Assembly (NCBI GenBank): GCA_030018415.1
Contig: JASEGC010000001.1
Location: forward strand, 323,067 to 387,066
Reading direction: 5' to 3'
Source of the DNA: Candidatus Aenigmatarchaeota archaeon
GTDB lineage: Archaea; Aenigmatarchaeota; Aenigmatarchaeia; CG10238-14
Length of the DNA: 64,000 bases
The notes under the pieces: generated by a model
Databases searched by the model: none
Told to the model about the DNA's origin: nothing
The model's input: only the letters and a program-made list of their open reading frames with translations
Shown here: positions 50,556-60,810 of the stretch, in pieces
Numbering within the stretch: the stretch's first letter is position 1
Layout: every line of letters starts with the position of its first letter
Translations under genes and position numbers: made by a program

Positions 50556-51239
50556 TTAAATTTTACTCAACCTATACTTAATTCCTTCTATGATGATAAA
50601 GATTAAAATCCCAAAAAACATCCTTGTAAAGTGAGAGACACGTCCTTTTCTGTATTTTACGCTTACTGGAATTTGCTTAATCTTTATCTCATTCCGTATC
50701 GCATCTCCAAGCATGGCATTTTCAATGATGTATCCTCCACGAACTCTCCCGATTTTTTTAATAGCTTTTCTAGTTAAGCCAATGTAACCGCAATTAGTGT
50801 CTTTTAAATTTGTGTTAAAAAAGAGATTGAAAAGGATCCTCCAGACAAAATTCCCCATGGCATTCGCATAAGGAACCTTCTTCCAATTTCTATATCCCAT
50901 AACAAATTCTGCTTTTTTTTCCTGCAACGGTTTAACGATTTTAACTATTTCATCGATGTAATATTGTCTATCAGTGTCAGCGACAACGACTATATCAACT
51001 TCTGGATGTTGTTTAAGAAAGTACTCAAAACCGGTATTCAAAGCATCGCCTTTACCTTTGTTTATTTCATGTCTTAGGACTGTAACTCCAGCTTGCCTTG
51101 CTAGTTCATTCGTCCTATCAGTAGAACCGTCATCGACTACTAATATCTCAGAATTAGGGAGATACTTCTTCACGTCTTTTATGACTGTTCGGATGTTTTT
51201 TTCTTCGTTGTAAGCGGGTAATAAAACTCCTATCTTCAT
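50556..51239 (-). CDS. GT2 dolichyl/polyprenyl-phosphate glycosyltransferase (AglJ/DPM1-like) with C-terminal TM helix
   Basis: 'KIGVLLPAYNEEKNI...ILVVDDGSTDRT...VVADTDRQY', C-terminal 'MFFGILIFIIIEG'; start moved to the internal ATG at 51239, which overlaps the upstream ORF stop (ATGA). Confidence 0.7.
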   Translation of the reverse strand: MKIGVLLPAYNEEKNIRTVIKDVKKYLPNSEILVVDDGSTDRTNELARQAGVTVLRHEINKGKGDALNTGFEYFLKQHPEVDIVVVADTDRQYYIDEIVKIVKPLQEKKAEFVMGYRNWKKVPYANAMGNFVWRILFNLFFNTNLKDTNCGYIGLTRKAIKKIGRVRGGYIIENAMLGDAIRNEIKIKQIPVSVKYRKGRVSHFTRMFFGILIFIIIEGIKYRLSKI

Positions 51240-51748
51240 CTTTTCACTTTGATATTCGAAATTTTTTTCAAGTTTTCCACCATCTTCAAGTATAAAATTT
51301 TGCTTATTTTCTCGCATGCATAACTGTAATGCTTCGTTACCTTATCACCAGGCTTCACGTTGACAAAATCGATCTTCAACTTTATATAATCATCAAAAAA
51401 CTCTGATTTCACGGTTGCGTTGTCTTTATCTATCAACAAAACTTCACAAGGAATTATCATACATTCTTTCAAGAGTTTTTCATCGAGAATCTGGGATTTT
51501 TTCGACATAAGAATCTTATTATGTTCGAACCTCCAGTATCTTCTAACTGCTTGTATGTTTGTAATCGATTCGACGAAATTCATAGCACGCCAAAAAATAC
51601 TTTCTATTTTCTCTAGAGGTAAGTATAGTTTTTCATCTTTGGCTGATTTGTAAAGTAATTTATGTTCTTTTTGGGTAATCTCTTTCCTTGACATAAGAAC
51701 AAACGAACATGGAAATGCGTACTTTAGAAAAAAAATTTCTGGTTTCAT
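51236..51748 (-). CDS. Hypothetical protein
   Basis: 170-aa ORF translationally coupled to the downstream GT2 gene; no motifs recognised. Confidence 0.35.
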   Translation of the reverse strand: MKPEIFFLKYAFPCSFVLMSRKEITQKEHKLLYKSAKDEKLYLPLEKIESIFWRAMNFVESITNIQAVRRYWRFEHNKILMSKKSQILDEKLLKECMIIPCEVLLIDKDNATVKSEFFDDYIKLKIDFVNVKPGDKVTKHYSYACEKISKILYLKMVENLKKISNIKVKR

Positions 51749-51782
51749 GTTTAATAATTGATGAGAGAAAAATAAATCATTC

Positions 51783-52640
51783 TTAAGCTGCAGTTACGAA
51801 TTCACTTCTAATTCTCGAGACTATGAATGCTCCTACTAGTATTAGGGCTGAACCGAGTAGCTGAATGGAGGGAGCAGGTTCATCGAGCCAAACAACACCC
51901 AAGAACAAGGAAATTACTGGGGCAAGTAATAAAAGTGGAGCTGCCTTCGAAACGTTTATGTACTTAATCCCCCAGTACCAAGTCAAGACATAGCCAAACA
52001 AGATTGTTGTGGATAACAAGAGCCTGTTCACTTGATCATAGGTAAGGGTAAGAAGTTGATATATTTTCCCTAGGAAGAGAACAGCCCCGAACAGAAAAAT
52101 AGCTCCGAAGAACATCCTGGCAAAAGTTACTACAAAATTGGATTCGCCCTTAATCATCGCTCCTCTGGCTATTGTATTCTCAACCCCCCATAAAAACGTG
52201 GCTACGATAACTAATAAATCTCCTAAAGAAGGGTTTTCCCAGAATTCTGATGGCTTAATCTCAGCTGAATGGACAATTATCGCTCCTATAAACATCAAAA
52301 CAACAGCAAAAACTTGTTTTTTTGTGACCTTTTCTTTGAGAAAGAGAAAAGCTAGGATTATCGTGTAAATAGGGAGAGTTTTGTGTAAGAATGCAGCTCT
52401 TCCACTGGTTGTTAGCTTTAGACCAGTAAAATAAAGAAGGAATGCTAATCCTCCACCTATGAAGCCTATGGCTAGAAGACATTTCCAAGGAACCTTCTTG
52501 AATTTTTTGTAATTGAACTTACTTTGAATGGGAGCTAATATGAAGAAGCCGATTCCTATGAAGATCGCTCTAGTTGCTGTGAAGATGGTGGGATCAAGAC
52601 CAGTGATAAGGAACTTATTTACTGGTATCGCAAAAACCAC
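51783..52640 (-). CDS. EamA/DMT-superfamily transporter
   Basis: 285 aa, 10 TM helices in two 5-TM halves. Confidence 0.7.
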   Translation of the reverse strand: MVFAIPVNKFLITGLDPTIFTATRAIFIGIGFFILAPIQSKFNYKKFKKVPWKCLLAIGFIGGGLAFLLYFTGLKLTTSGRAAFLHKTLPIYTIILAFLFLKEKVTKKQVFAVVLMFIGAIIVHSAEIKPSEFWENPSLGDLLVIVATFLWGVENTIARGAMIKGESNFVVTFARMFFGAIFLFGAVLFLGKIYQLLTLTYDQVNRLLLSTTILFGYVLTWYWGIKYINVSKAAPLLLLAPVISLFLGVVWLDEPAPSIQLLGSALILVGAFIVSRIRSEFVTAA

Positions 52641-53213
52641 TTATGATTGCAGTACAGATTATCAAAAAAGTCCCTAAAGTTTCTCTTCTCATCGCTTTAA
52701 ATTATGAGTTAGTTCAAATAAAATTAACTCTTCATCGTGTTATATGTTCGGGTGCGATTATACTACATTTCGCTCGTAATGTTCTTGCCTTCGACTCGCG
52801 TAATTACCGTGTTCTTAAATAAAGTATTTTATTACTAAATACAAAATTTAATTGTGAATTTGAAAGAATTTTTAGGGTTTGATTGGAAAAAAGGATTTAT
52901 TTTTTTGATACACTGGGTAATATATTTTTTCCATTTATTATCTAAGTCCTACAGTTAATTTTACTTTTAAGAATTATAACATTGTTTTATTGGTATTTCA
53001 TATCTTGTGTAAAATTTTCTCAATTTTTGTACTAATTTTAATTCCTGAACGTAGCCAACTTTTTGTCGTTGCTCTCAGCTCATGTAATTTAAATAGGTCG
53101 AACATGTTATATCTTATATAATATTGTCTATATTTTAATACTTAAGTAATTGATATATTCTCAGAAACTCGGTCATAATTTTGAGTTATATCTTTAATAT
53201 CATATTTTTAATT

Positions 53214-53840
53214 ATGCAGATAATTTGTCGTGGTGCGGAAAGCATAATACATCTGGGTCGTTATCAAGGCAAAGAAGTTATAATTAAAGAGCGAATAAAA
53301 AAGAATTACAGAATTAGTAAAATAGATGAAAAAATAAGGAAAAATCGGACGAAGAAAGAAGCTAAACTTCTGACTGAAGCCAGAAGAGTAGGGGTTCCTA
53401 CACCAAAAATACTTCTTGTAGATAATGTTGGATATAAAATAATAATGGAAAATTTGATCGATGGTAAAAGAATCAAAGAGTTCTTGAATTCATCAGATAG
53501 AAAAACAATACAAAAAACTTGTTTTGAAATTGGAAGATCTATTGGAAAACTCCATTCTATCGGCATCATTCATGGAGACCTCACAACGTCCAATATGATA
53601 CTGAGAAAAGAAAAAATCTATTTCATAGATTTTGGATTAGGATACTTCTCGAAGAAGATAGAGGATCAAGGTACAGACTTAAGGCTTTTACATGAGGCTT
53701 TGAAATCAACCCATTTCAAGATTCTTGATATTTGTTGGAAAAAAATCATGGAAGGATACAAGAAAGAGTATTCCAACGCAGATCAAATAATTAAAAAAAT
53801 CGAAGAGATTAAAAAAAGAGCTAGGTATATGGAAAGATGA
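53214..53840 (+). CDS. bud32: KEOPS complex kinase/ATPase Bud32
   Basis: 'IICRGAESIIHLG', 'IIHGDLTTSNMIL', 'IYFIDFGLG' RIO/Bud32 motifs; ORF track start at 53181 is probably upstream of the real Met at 53214. Confidence 0.75.
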   Translation: MQIICRGAESIIHLGRYQGKEVIIKERIKKNYRISKIDEKIRKNRTKKEAKLLTEARRVGVPTPKILLVDNVGYKIIMENLIDGKRIKEFLNSSDRKTIQKTCFEIGRSIGKLHSIGIIHGDLTTSNMILRKEKIYFIDFGLGYFSKKIEDQGTDLRLLHEALKSTHFKILDICWKKIMEGYKKEYSNADQIIKKIEEIKKRARYMER

Positions 53841-53900
53841 TTTAAAATATTTCAAAGGAAACCCTTAAGTATATTTATGATGAAATAAAAGGGTGTTGAT

Positions 53901-54131
53901 ATGAAGATTTTTGAGACGCTGAAGAGTAAGAATAAGTATGAAAGAGCAGAGAGTTACTGCATAGTATTTTTGTTAGCTGGATCAATCATGCTATCTGCAG
54001 GTATTGGTTTGACTGTTATAAACCCTAAAGGTATTTCCGCGATTCTTGCCATGTTGGGAAGCTTCATAGCATTTTTGTCAACTGTTGCGTTGATATTCAC
54101 TTGGCTTGCGAAAGAATTTTTCGGTGAGTGA
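53901..54131 (+). CDS. Small two-TM membrane protein
   Basis: 76-aa ORF with two hydrophobic helices, directly upstream of the S15 gene. Confidence 0.3.
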   Translation: MKIFETLKSKNKYERAESYCIVFLLAGSIMLSAGIGLTVINPKGISAILAMLGSFIAFLSTVALIFTWLAKEFFGE

Positions 54132-54593
54132 ATGGCTAGGATGCATGCAAGAAAGAAAGGAAAGGCAAGATCCAAAAGACCTTCAACCAAGACAATACCA
54201 AAATGGGTCAGGTACAGGAAGGAAGAAGTTGAAAAAATAGTCATAAAATTGGCAAAGGAAGGCAATTCTACTTCTAAGATCGGTTTAATATTACGTGATC
54301 AGTTTGGTATACCATCCGTGAAACTCATAACAAGTAAGACCATTTCTCAAATACTGAAAGATGAAAAAATTTATCCAAAATATCCTGAAGACATTTTTAA
54401 TCTATTAAAAAAATCCGTCAACTTGAGAGATCATTTGGAGAAGAATAAAGCTGACTATACTTCTAAAAGGGGTCTAGAACTTCTGGAATCAAAAATCAGA
54501 AGGCTTGGAAAATACTACGTGAAGAAAAGAGTACTTCCTCCAGATTGGAAATACGACCCAGAAAAAACGAAGTTATTAGTTCAACAGAAGTGA
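54132..54593 (+). CDS. rps15: 30S ribosomal protein S15 (uS15)
   Basis: 'MARMHARKKGKARSKRP...' archaeal S15/S13e N-terminus; 153 aa. Confidence 0.9.
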   Translation: MARMHARKKGKARSKRPSTKTIPKWVRYRKEEVEKIVIKLAKEGNSTSKIGLILRDQFGIPSVKLITSKTISQILKDEKIYPKYPEDIFNLLKKSVNLRDHLEKNKADYTSKRGLELLESKIRRLGKYYVKKRVLPPDWKYDPEKTKLLVQQK

Positions 54594-54597
54594 TGAG

Positions 54598-55155
54598 ATG
54601 CCGAAGAAAATGGGTAGAAAGGAATGGTATAGTCTGATTGCACCGAAGATGTTCAAGGAAAAAATAATAGGCGAAACACCCGTAGGTGATGCGAAAGTCT
54701 TGATCGGAAGAAGAGCACAAGTCAATTTGGTGAACCTCATCGGTGACTTGAGTAAGTATTACATCAATTTGTATTTCAGGGTGATTGATGTCAAAGAGAA
54801 AAATGCTTACACTGAATTTTCAGGTTTGGAATGTATGAGAGATTATATCTCTAGGTTTATAAGGTACGGCATTAAAAGAATAGACACGATTCAAGATCTC
54901 ACCACCAAAGACAATAAGAAAATAAGAGTTAAAACGATAATCATAACGAGTAAGAAAATTAAGAAGAGTGTTGCGGTAAATTTGAAGAAGTTTGTTGAAG
55001 ATGGATTAAAGGAGGAAGTCACAACCGGCAGGTTGGACGAATTTGTTGAGAAAATAATAGATGATACGATAAAAAAGTCGGTAATCGAAGAGGGGAACAA
55101 GATATATCCAATCAGGGCGTTTGAAATAAGAAAAATAGAGACTTCGAGTAAATGA
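54598..55155 (+). CDS. rps3ae: 30S ribosomal protein S3Ae (eS1)
   Basis: 'KEWYSLIAPKMFKEKIIGETP...IGRRAQVNL...KIYPIRAFEIRKIE' matches archaeal S3Ae. Confidence 0.8.
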   Translation: MPKKMGRKEWYSLIAPKMFKEKIIGETPVGDAKVLIGRRAQVNLVNLIGDLSKYYINLYFRVIDVKEKNAYTEFSGLECMRDYISRFIRYGIKRIDTIQDLTTKDNKKIRVKTIIITSKKIKKSVAVNLKKFVEDGLKEEVTTGRLDEFVEKIIDDTIKKSVIEEGNKIYPIRAFEIRKIETSSK

Positions 55156-56340
55156 TCATCTGACCCAAGCGAGGAAGCTGGGACCAAACAAGTTGATTAA
55201 AACCAAAGATAGAGTAAGCAAAGATAAACAATTCACCAAATATTTTGCTCCCTTACCTTTATAGAAATGTTTGACGATTGCCTCTAGCATTAGGCCACCA
55301 TCTAAAGGTTTTATCGGGAATAGATTAAAAACACCAATACCAATGTTAAGGACGAATACCCATCCGAACAATCCTAAGAACCATGATATGATGTGCAGAG
55401 TACTTTCTGGAACTACACCAAGGCCCTCAAATATGCCTTTATAGACGAATAATGTGCTTGGTTTGTTGATCCCTATGAAGGGTTTTTCTGGATTCTCTGG
55501 GTTGGGAATAGTTTTTACATGGAAAATTCCTTGGGTCGTCTCTATCTTCAAAACATCACCCACTTTTACATCTTTCATGATGTTTAAAAAATCAGCTATG
55601 GATTTAACCTCTTTGTCGTTGATTTTAATTATCGTCCCCTTCAATCCAGCATCACTCGCTCCAGTATTTTCTATGGTTTTTTCGAATACAACACCTTCAG
55701 CCGAAATAAAAGAATCGATCAAAAAATTATAGCTTAATATCAATAGGAAAAAAATTCCAGCAACGATTAAATTACCAAAACTACCTGCAGCAAAAATTCT
55801 CAGTTTTTTGACCGTAGAGAGTTTTTTTACCTGTCTTTCATCAGGATCGACGAATGCTCCTGGCAATACAAATAAAAGCAATAAACCGAAGGATTTTATC
55901 TTGATTCTTTCAGCTCTTGCCACCAAAGCATGCATCGGTTCATGTGCAAACATCACTACAAAGACTGCTATAATCCAATACCAGAATGGCACGCCTAATA
56001 TGAATCCTGGCAGTTCAATTCCACTCACTGATGGAAAAACCAGTTTAATTTCTGGCATTGCTTCTTCAGGCTTAAGAAAAAGGTTGTAGGATGAACGGAT
56101 AAGGAGGAATAAACCTGAAGCCGATGCAATAATACCCACGATTATCGCGATGTTGCCGATGATTTTCAATTTTTTTCTATGTTTATCTCCAAATTTGTAT
56201 ATCGCTTTTTTTCCCATTTTCGTCCTTCTTCTGATCAAACCAAACTTGAATTCAATGTTCTTCCTGTCCCAATAGATTAAAAATGACAGTATTCCTAAGA
56301 ATATTAGGACAGATAGCACTTCTAAGTCCATCTTTTTCAC
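55156..56340 (-). CDS. Site-2 protease family (M50) intramembrane metalloprotease with PDZ domain
   Basis: 'FAHEPMHALVA' HExxH in a TM helix; central PDZ-like region; C-terminal TM helices. Confidence 0.7.
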   Translation of the reverse strand: MKKMDLEVLSVLIFLGILSFLIYWDRKNIEFKFGLIRRRTKMGKKAIYKFGDKHRKKLKIIGNIAIIVGIIASASGLFLLIRSSYNLFLKPEEAMPEIKLVFPSVSGIELPGFILGVPFWYWIIAVFVVMFAHEPMHALVARAERIKIKSFGLLLLFVLPGAFVDPDERQVKKLSTVKKLRIFAAGSFGNLIVAGIFFLLILSYNFLIDSFISAEGVVFEKTIENTGASDAGLKGTIIKINDKEVKSIADFLNIMKDVKVGDVLKIETTQGIFHVKTIPNPENPEKPFIGINKPSTLFVYKGIFEGLGVVPESTLHIISWFLGLFGWVFVLNIGIGVFNLFPIKPLDGGLMLEAIVKHFYKGKGAKYLVNCLSLLTLSLVLINLFGPSFLAWVR

Positions 56341-56395
56341 CGTTTTAATAATACTAATTTTATTAGAAATTAATACTATAAAAAGGAATGAGAAA

Positions 56396-57130
56396 ATGGT
56401 AGTAGAATGTGTTCGAAGATCATGGGAGACTTACAGGAAAAATACGATCAGTTTTATAATCGCTGAGTTAATATCTCTGGTAATAACTGGAATGATTGCT
56501 TTAGTTGGTGTCTGGATCGTATTCAATTCTATCGGGATATCAAGCTTGATGGATTTGTATAATCTAGAATTGTTAGTAAGAAAGATAGTATCAATTCTTC
56601 CCCTCTTAACAGAACTTGCCATTTCGCTAGTCTTTTTTTTTATCGCTGGAGTTGTAAGGGCGTTTATGAATGCAGGCTTATATGGTATGGCTGCTGAATC
56701 TTTGAGAGGGAGGATAAAAGTTGACATGATGTTTCAGTCCACAAAAAACTTTGGTTTCAAAGGGATAATTTCGTCGATGATAGTTGGTATAATAGCTTTC
56801 GTGCTGTTCATGATACTTGTTATAGGTTTGAATGTATTCTTTCCTTTAACTGGAGGAATGATTGGGTTTGTAATATTTTTTTTGATAATCCTGACCTTTT
56901 CTCTTGTATATCCGGGAATTGTTGTGGATGGATTGAGTTCAACAAAAGCTATTCAAGAAAGTTTTAGCGTTTCGAAGAAAAATTATTTTGAGATTCTTGG
57001 TTTGTTGTTGTTCTATGCGTTGATGAGTTTAGTTGCTCTGATTCCGTTGATAGGAATTTTTATTTTTTGTTTTGTTATCGCTCCGATGATGAGGATAAGT
57101 CTTGTTTTCTTCTACAAGAGAAAAAAATAA
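56396..57130 (+). CDS. Polytopic membrane protein of unknown function
   Basis: 244 aa, about 6 TM helices. Confidence 0.35.
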   Translation: MVVECVRRSWETYRKNTISFIIAELISLVITGMIALVGVWIVFNSIGISSLMDLYNLELLVRKIVSILPLLTELAISLVFFFIAGVVRAFMNAGLYGMAAESLRGRIKVDMMFQSTKNFGFKGIISSMIVGIIAFVLFMILVIGLNVFFPLTGGMIGFVIFFLIILTFSLVYPGIVVDGLSSTKAIQESFSVSKKNYFEILGLLLFYALMSLVALIPLIGIFIFCFVIAPMMRISLVFFYKRKK

Positions 57131-57743
57131 GTGCACTTAAATTTTCATAGCAAATTTGGTATTAGGGAGCAACCCCTATAGGCGTAACTGATACTCAAGG
57201 TACAAATAGAGAAGTTAAGTGCCGATAAAAATATTGTAAAGACTAGAAACATACTAATTAACATGACTTCTTTTTTTTCTAATAGTTTGGACTTAATGAA
57301 TAAAATTATAAATAAAGGTATTTCTATCAAAGAAATTGAGAACCTGTTTAACGCGGACATCATAAATATACTTTCTTGAGAGTACTATTTCCCAAAGAAA
57401 AAAGTATTAGCAAAGAAGAACCCTGCCAAAAACCCAATAAATGTAACTACAAAAATAATTAAAGCATAAGTTTTTAGTTTGTACTTATAATCAAACATCT
57501 TAAATATACTAGCCCAGATTCCTTAATTGAAAATAAAATTCAAAATCAGAAAACCAACCATGATTGATACAGGCGCTGTGGGTCTACACTAACTAACACT
57601 GATACGAAGAATAATAAAATAACTATTATATCCAATCCTAATTTCTTCCATTCCTGTTTCATTAATTATTAATAGAATATCGTTTATTAAAAAGTTGTTG
57701 CCTATCTCACTTTATTTGTATGAGATTCTAACTTGTAGTTCTA

Positions 57744-57829
57744 TGCAGGGGGAGAGATTTGAACTCTCGAACTCACTAAGAGACTAGGCTCTGAACCTAG
57801 CGCATTTGACCAGACTTTGCTACCCCTGC
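57744..57829 (-). tRNA. tRNA-Leu (anticodon CAG), 86 nt, no intron
   Basis: Manual fold: GCAGGGG-TA-GCA-AAGTCTGGTCAAA-TGC-G-CTAGG-TTCAGAG-CCTAG-TCTCTTAGTGAGTTC(long variable arm)-GAGAG-TTCAAAT-CTCTC-CCCCTGC-A. Confidence 0.8.
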
Positions 57830-58109
57830 CTAATGAGTTAATATTTTCATCATTTTCCAATTCATTTTTAGTTAGAACTATACCTATATACCTTTACTTA
57901 AAAGATAAAGTACAACATCTGGTGGAAACAAATGTTTACAAGAAGAATATTTTCTTTTCTTTTTTGTTAAAAGTAATAAAGGAACATTGATATTATTTTT
58001 TCTAACCGTAATTTTCCGAACTTTTCCTGACTCTAATTTAAGTCAATTTCTATACTTCAAAATATAAATAATATCATTACTTTTTTTCACAAAGCGTAAA
58101 AAAGAACTA

Positions 58110-58235
58110 TGCAGGGACTGGGATTTGAACCCAGGAACTCAATTCTCCAAGATTCATTATATCTTTGTCTAAGAGACAGGATACCTTAACTCATTCTTAA
58201 GTCCTGCGCCTTTGACCAGACTTGGCAACCCCTGC
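58110..58235 (-). tRNA. tRNA-Leu (anticodon UAA) with two predicted introns (13 nt after position 37; 27 nt in the variable arm)
   Basis: Same acceptor/D/T architecture as the CAG isoacceptor. Anticodon arm CAGGA-CTTAAGA...TCCTG is interrupted by 'ATGAGTTAAGGTA'. Variable arm TCTCTTAG...TGAGTTC is interrupted by 'ACAAAGATATAATGAATCTTGGAGAAT'. Mature length after removal is 86 nt, equal to the CAG isoacceptor. Confidence 0.65.
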
Positions 58236-58258
58236 TTCAATAAGATATTGTAGAATAG

Positions 58259-59041
58259 TTATTTTAATTTACTTAAATCTTTTGATAATTCTTCCAACTT
58301 TTCTTCAAGGATATCCATGGATTTCAACACGATTTCTTCTGGCTTTAACCCACAAGTTGATTCGACATTAAACAAAAACTTTGTCTCATCAGCCTCAACC
58401 TTTATCGCTCCGTTAGAAAGTTCCACACATTGAAGACACATATTACATTCTAGAGGTTTATCGACTTCCAATTTTTTATTCTGGAAAACAAACACATGCT
58501 TTGGACATCTTTTCTCATAATCACTCTTGTTTCCACCCTTTCCTATGATTATATTCGGAACATTCCTGTAACCGACAACAGCGGCCTGCCATTTCGCATG
58601 CTCTTTTCCCAGATTCAACTCTGCGAATGCTTCGAGTTCTAACTCCTGTCCTTCTGTCAATTCCACGATTGGTATGTTATCATAAACAGGTCTCACTTTT
58701 TCATCTGAAGGTACCATATCGCCAGAGTAAACCATACAAGGCCCTTTTTTCTTAAGCTTAAAACTTACTTGACAATGTACACAACCTTTCCCTCCACACT
58801 TACAATTTCCCTTTAAGTTGTAGAATTTTGCATCGAAGACTAGAGGAATCAAACCAAGTCTACTTGCTATTATCTCATCCCATAGGACAGAATCATTCTT
58901 GTGAAAATCAACCCATTCTATTGCCATTGTGGGGATTTCAGAGATCATCACTCTTCTCAGTTCACCAGCGAGTGCAGGAGTTATGTCTTCGACGACAAAT
59001 CTTATTTTTTTGTCGCCTTTTTCCAGAATTTTCACTTTCAA
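58259..59041 (-). CDS. rpoD: DNA-directed RNA polymerase subunit D (Rpo3)
   Basis: 260 aa; N-terminal 'MKVKILEKGDKKIRFVVEDITPALAGELRRVMISEIPTMAIEWV'; 4-Cys cluster 'CKCGGKGCVHCQ'. Confidence 0.9.
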   Translation of the reverse strand: MKVKILEKGDKKIRFVVEDITPALAGELRRVMISEIPTMAIEWVDFHKNDSVLWDEIIASRLGLIPLVFDAKFYNLKGNCKCGGKGCVHCQVSFKLKKKGPCMVYSGDMVPSDEKVRPVYDNIPIVELTEGQELELEAFAELNLGKEHAKWQAAVVGYRNVPNIIIGKGGNKSDYEKRCPKHVFVFQNKKLEVDKPLECNMCLQCVELSNGAIKVEADETKFLFNVESTCGLKPEEIVLKSMDILEEKLEELSKDLSKLK

Positions 59042-59217
59042 TCAATCACCAGTCATCTAGATTTTCTATTGATGAAAATTTAAGTTTATAGTTTTTTATG
59101 GACACCAAAAATTGAAAAACTGATTGAAAGATTCCAATATCATACTAGAAAAAAACATTACAATTTTGGAAGAGGTTCAAATTTGCCAGAGACAAGAATT
59201 TTCTCAACAAGAATAAA

Positions 59218-59802
59218 ATGAAGCCAATTTCTAAATTAACAGAAGAAGAACTTAAGAGATGGTTCGACGTAGTTAAGGAAGTAACAAACAATTTCTCTGA
59301 TTTTGATCCAAGAATTTTAATGCAAAGTCCTCAATACATTTTAATGTTTAGCTTAGTCCTTGGTTTTGATCATAAATTTTTGCAAGGGTGTCGGACAAAA
59401 ATCCCAGAACTGTACGAGCTTGGGAGCATTTGGAGCTTCAAATGAGATGTCGGACTGCCAAAGATGTTATGAATAAAATCAGGGAATTGTTTGATAGAAT
59501 AAATCCTATAATTTCTTTTGAGACGGTTCTAAGGAATTTTAGAATATTTACTGCTTCTTCGGGCACAGGAATGTTGAAGCTGGATGAAATGGGGATTAAG
59601 GTTCTCGACTAATCATGGATTCACTATATTTGAAAAAGAAATAGTCGAACTTCTGAATGAGAATGGATGTGGGCAATTTCAAGTACACTCAATAATAGAA
59701 GGCGTGAAGAAAAGGTTTAATGTCGATTTTGTCGTTGAAAATAATTTATTTCCGAAAGTGGTTATTGAAGTTTTTACATTCAACCGAAAAAAAATTCCAT
59801 AA
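59218..59802 (+). pseudogene. Frameshifted ORF of unknown function inserted between rps11 and rpoD
   Basis: Three overlapping ORFs (59218-59445, 59388-59612, 59584-59802) in frames 1/0/1 look like one about 195-aa gene broken by two frameshifts; opposite orientation to the surrounding operon. Confidence 0.3.
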
Positions 59803-59880
59803 TTGTCATAGTAGGTTATTACTATCGGCCATAGGTTTCAAATGATAACGCTAAATATAAAGTATTTAACTAAAATAAGT

Positions 59881-60321
59881 CTAAACTCGCCTTCCCCTCC
59901 TCCCCCCCTTGCGTTTTGTTCCATCAGTTGGGATCGGTGTAACATCTTCTATAGTACCAATCTTTAACCCACTTCTTGCTAATGCTCTGATGGCAGGTTG
60001 TGCACCAGCTCCAGGAGCCTTCTTGTGATGTCCTCCCATTCCCCTCACTCTTATGTCAACACCGATGATACCCTTTTCTTTTGCATCTTCTGCTGCGCGT
60101 TTCGCTGCCAACATTGCTGGAAAAGGATCCCCCCCCTCCCTATCTTTATCCGTCATCATTCCACCAGAATACCTTGCGATAGTTTCGGCTCCAGTTATGT
60201 CAGTTATGTGAATGATCGTGTTGTTCACCGTAGAAAAAATATGGGCAATTCCCCAAGTACCTGTTTTATAGGCCTTTGTCTCGTATTTTCTTCTTTTGCT
60301 TATTCTTTCTTTTTCTGCCAT
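59881..60321 (-). CDS. rps11: 30S ribosomal protein S11 (uS11)
   Basis: '[32 protein letters not shown]...[14 protein letters not shown]'. Confidence 0.95.
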   Translation of the reverse strand: MAEKERISKRRKYETKAYKTGTWGIAHIFSTVNNTIIHITDITGAETIARYSGGMMTDKDREGGDPFPAMLAAKRAAEDAKEKGIIGVDIRVRGMGGHHKKAPGAGAQPAIRALARSGLKIGTIEDVTPIPTDGTKRKGGRRGRRV

Positions 60322-60810
60322 TCATCCACCTGTTTTCGTCGCTATTTTTAAATCTGAGCCTTTATAGAATGAAATTTTATCTTCTAACTCCCTTGTTACG
60401 ATGAAACTTGGATATATAATCTTTCTACCATCGACTGCTATGTGACCGTGAGTTATCAATTGCCTTGCATGTTTTATCGTGTTCGCTAAATTCTTCTTAG
60501 AGACGAAGGTTTGTAGTCTTCTCTCCAGTAAGTTTTCTGCAGTCAAACTCAAAACAACATCAAGGTTTGCACCATTCTCCAATAAACCCATTCTGTAAAG
60601 TTTATCTATCAATATTTTTTCTTGGTTTTTATCTCTTTTTGCCGCTAGACTTCTTGCCCTTCTCCTAAAAGATCTCAGGATTGACTCTGCTTTCCATATC
60701 TCACGTTTCTTTGTCAAACCATAAGTCTTCATCAAATCATTCTCTTTCTTTATCCTTTCACTGTCCCAAGGTGATCTTGGTTTTTGAAATTTTTTCTTTA
60801 TCTTTCTCAT
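60322..60810 (-). CDS. rps4: 30S ribosomal protein S4 (uS4)
   Basis: 'LENGANLDVVLSLTAENLLERRLQTFV...IAVDGRKIIYPSFIV' S4 domain. Confidence 0.95.
   Translation of the reverse strand: MRKIKKKFQKPRSPWDSERIKKENDLMKTYGLTKKREIWKAESILRSFRRRARSLAAKRDKNQEKILIDKLYRMGLLENGANLDVVLSLTAENLLERRLQTFVSKKNLANTIKHARQLITHGHIAVDGRKIIYPSFIVTRELEDKISFYKGSDLKIATKTGG

Noticed and set aside
57145-57363. 72-aa minus-strand ORF between the membrane protein gene and tRNA-Leu
   Set aside because: Short, AT-rich, hydrophobic low-complexity translation without supporting context; could be real but the evidence is insufficient
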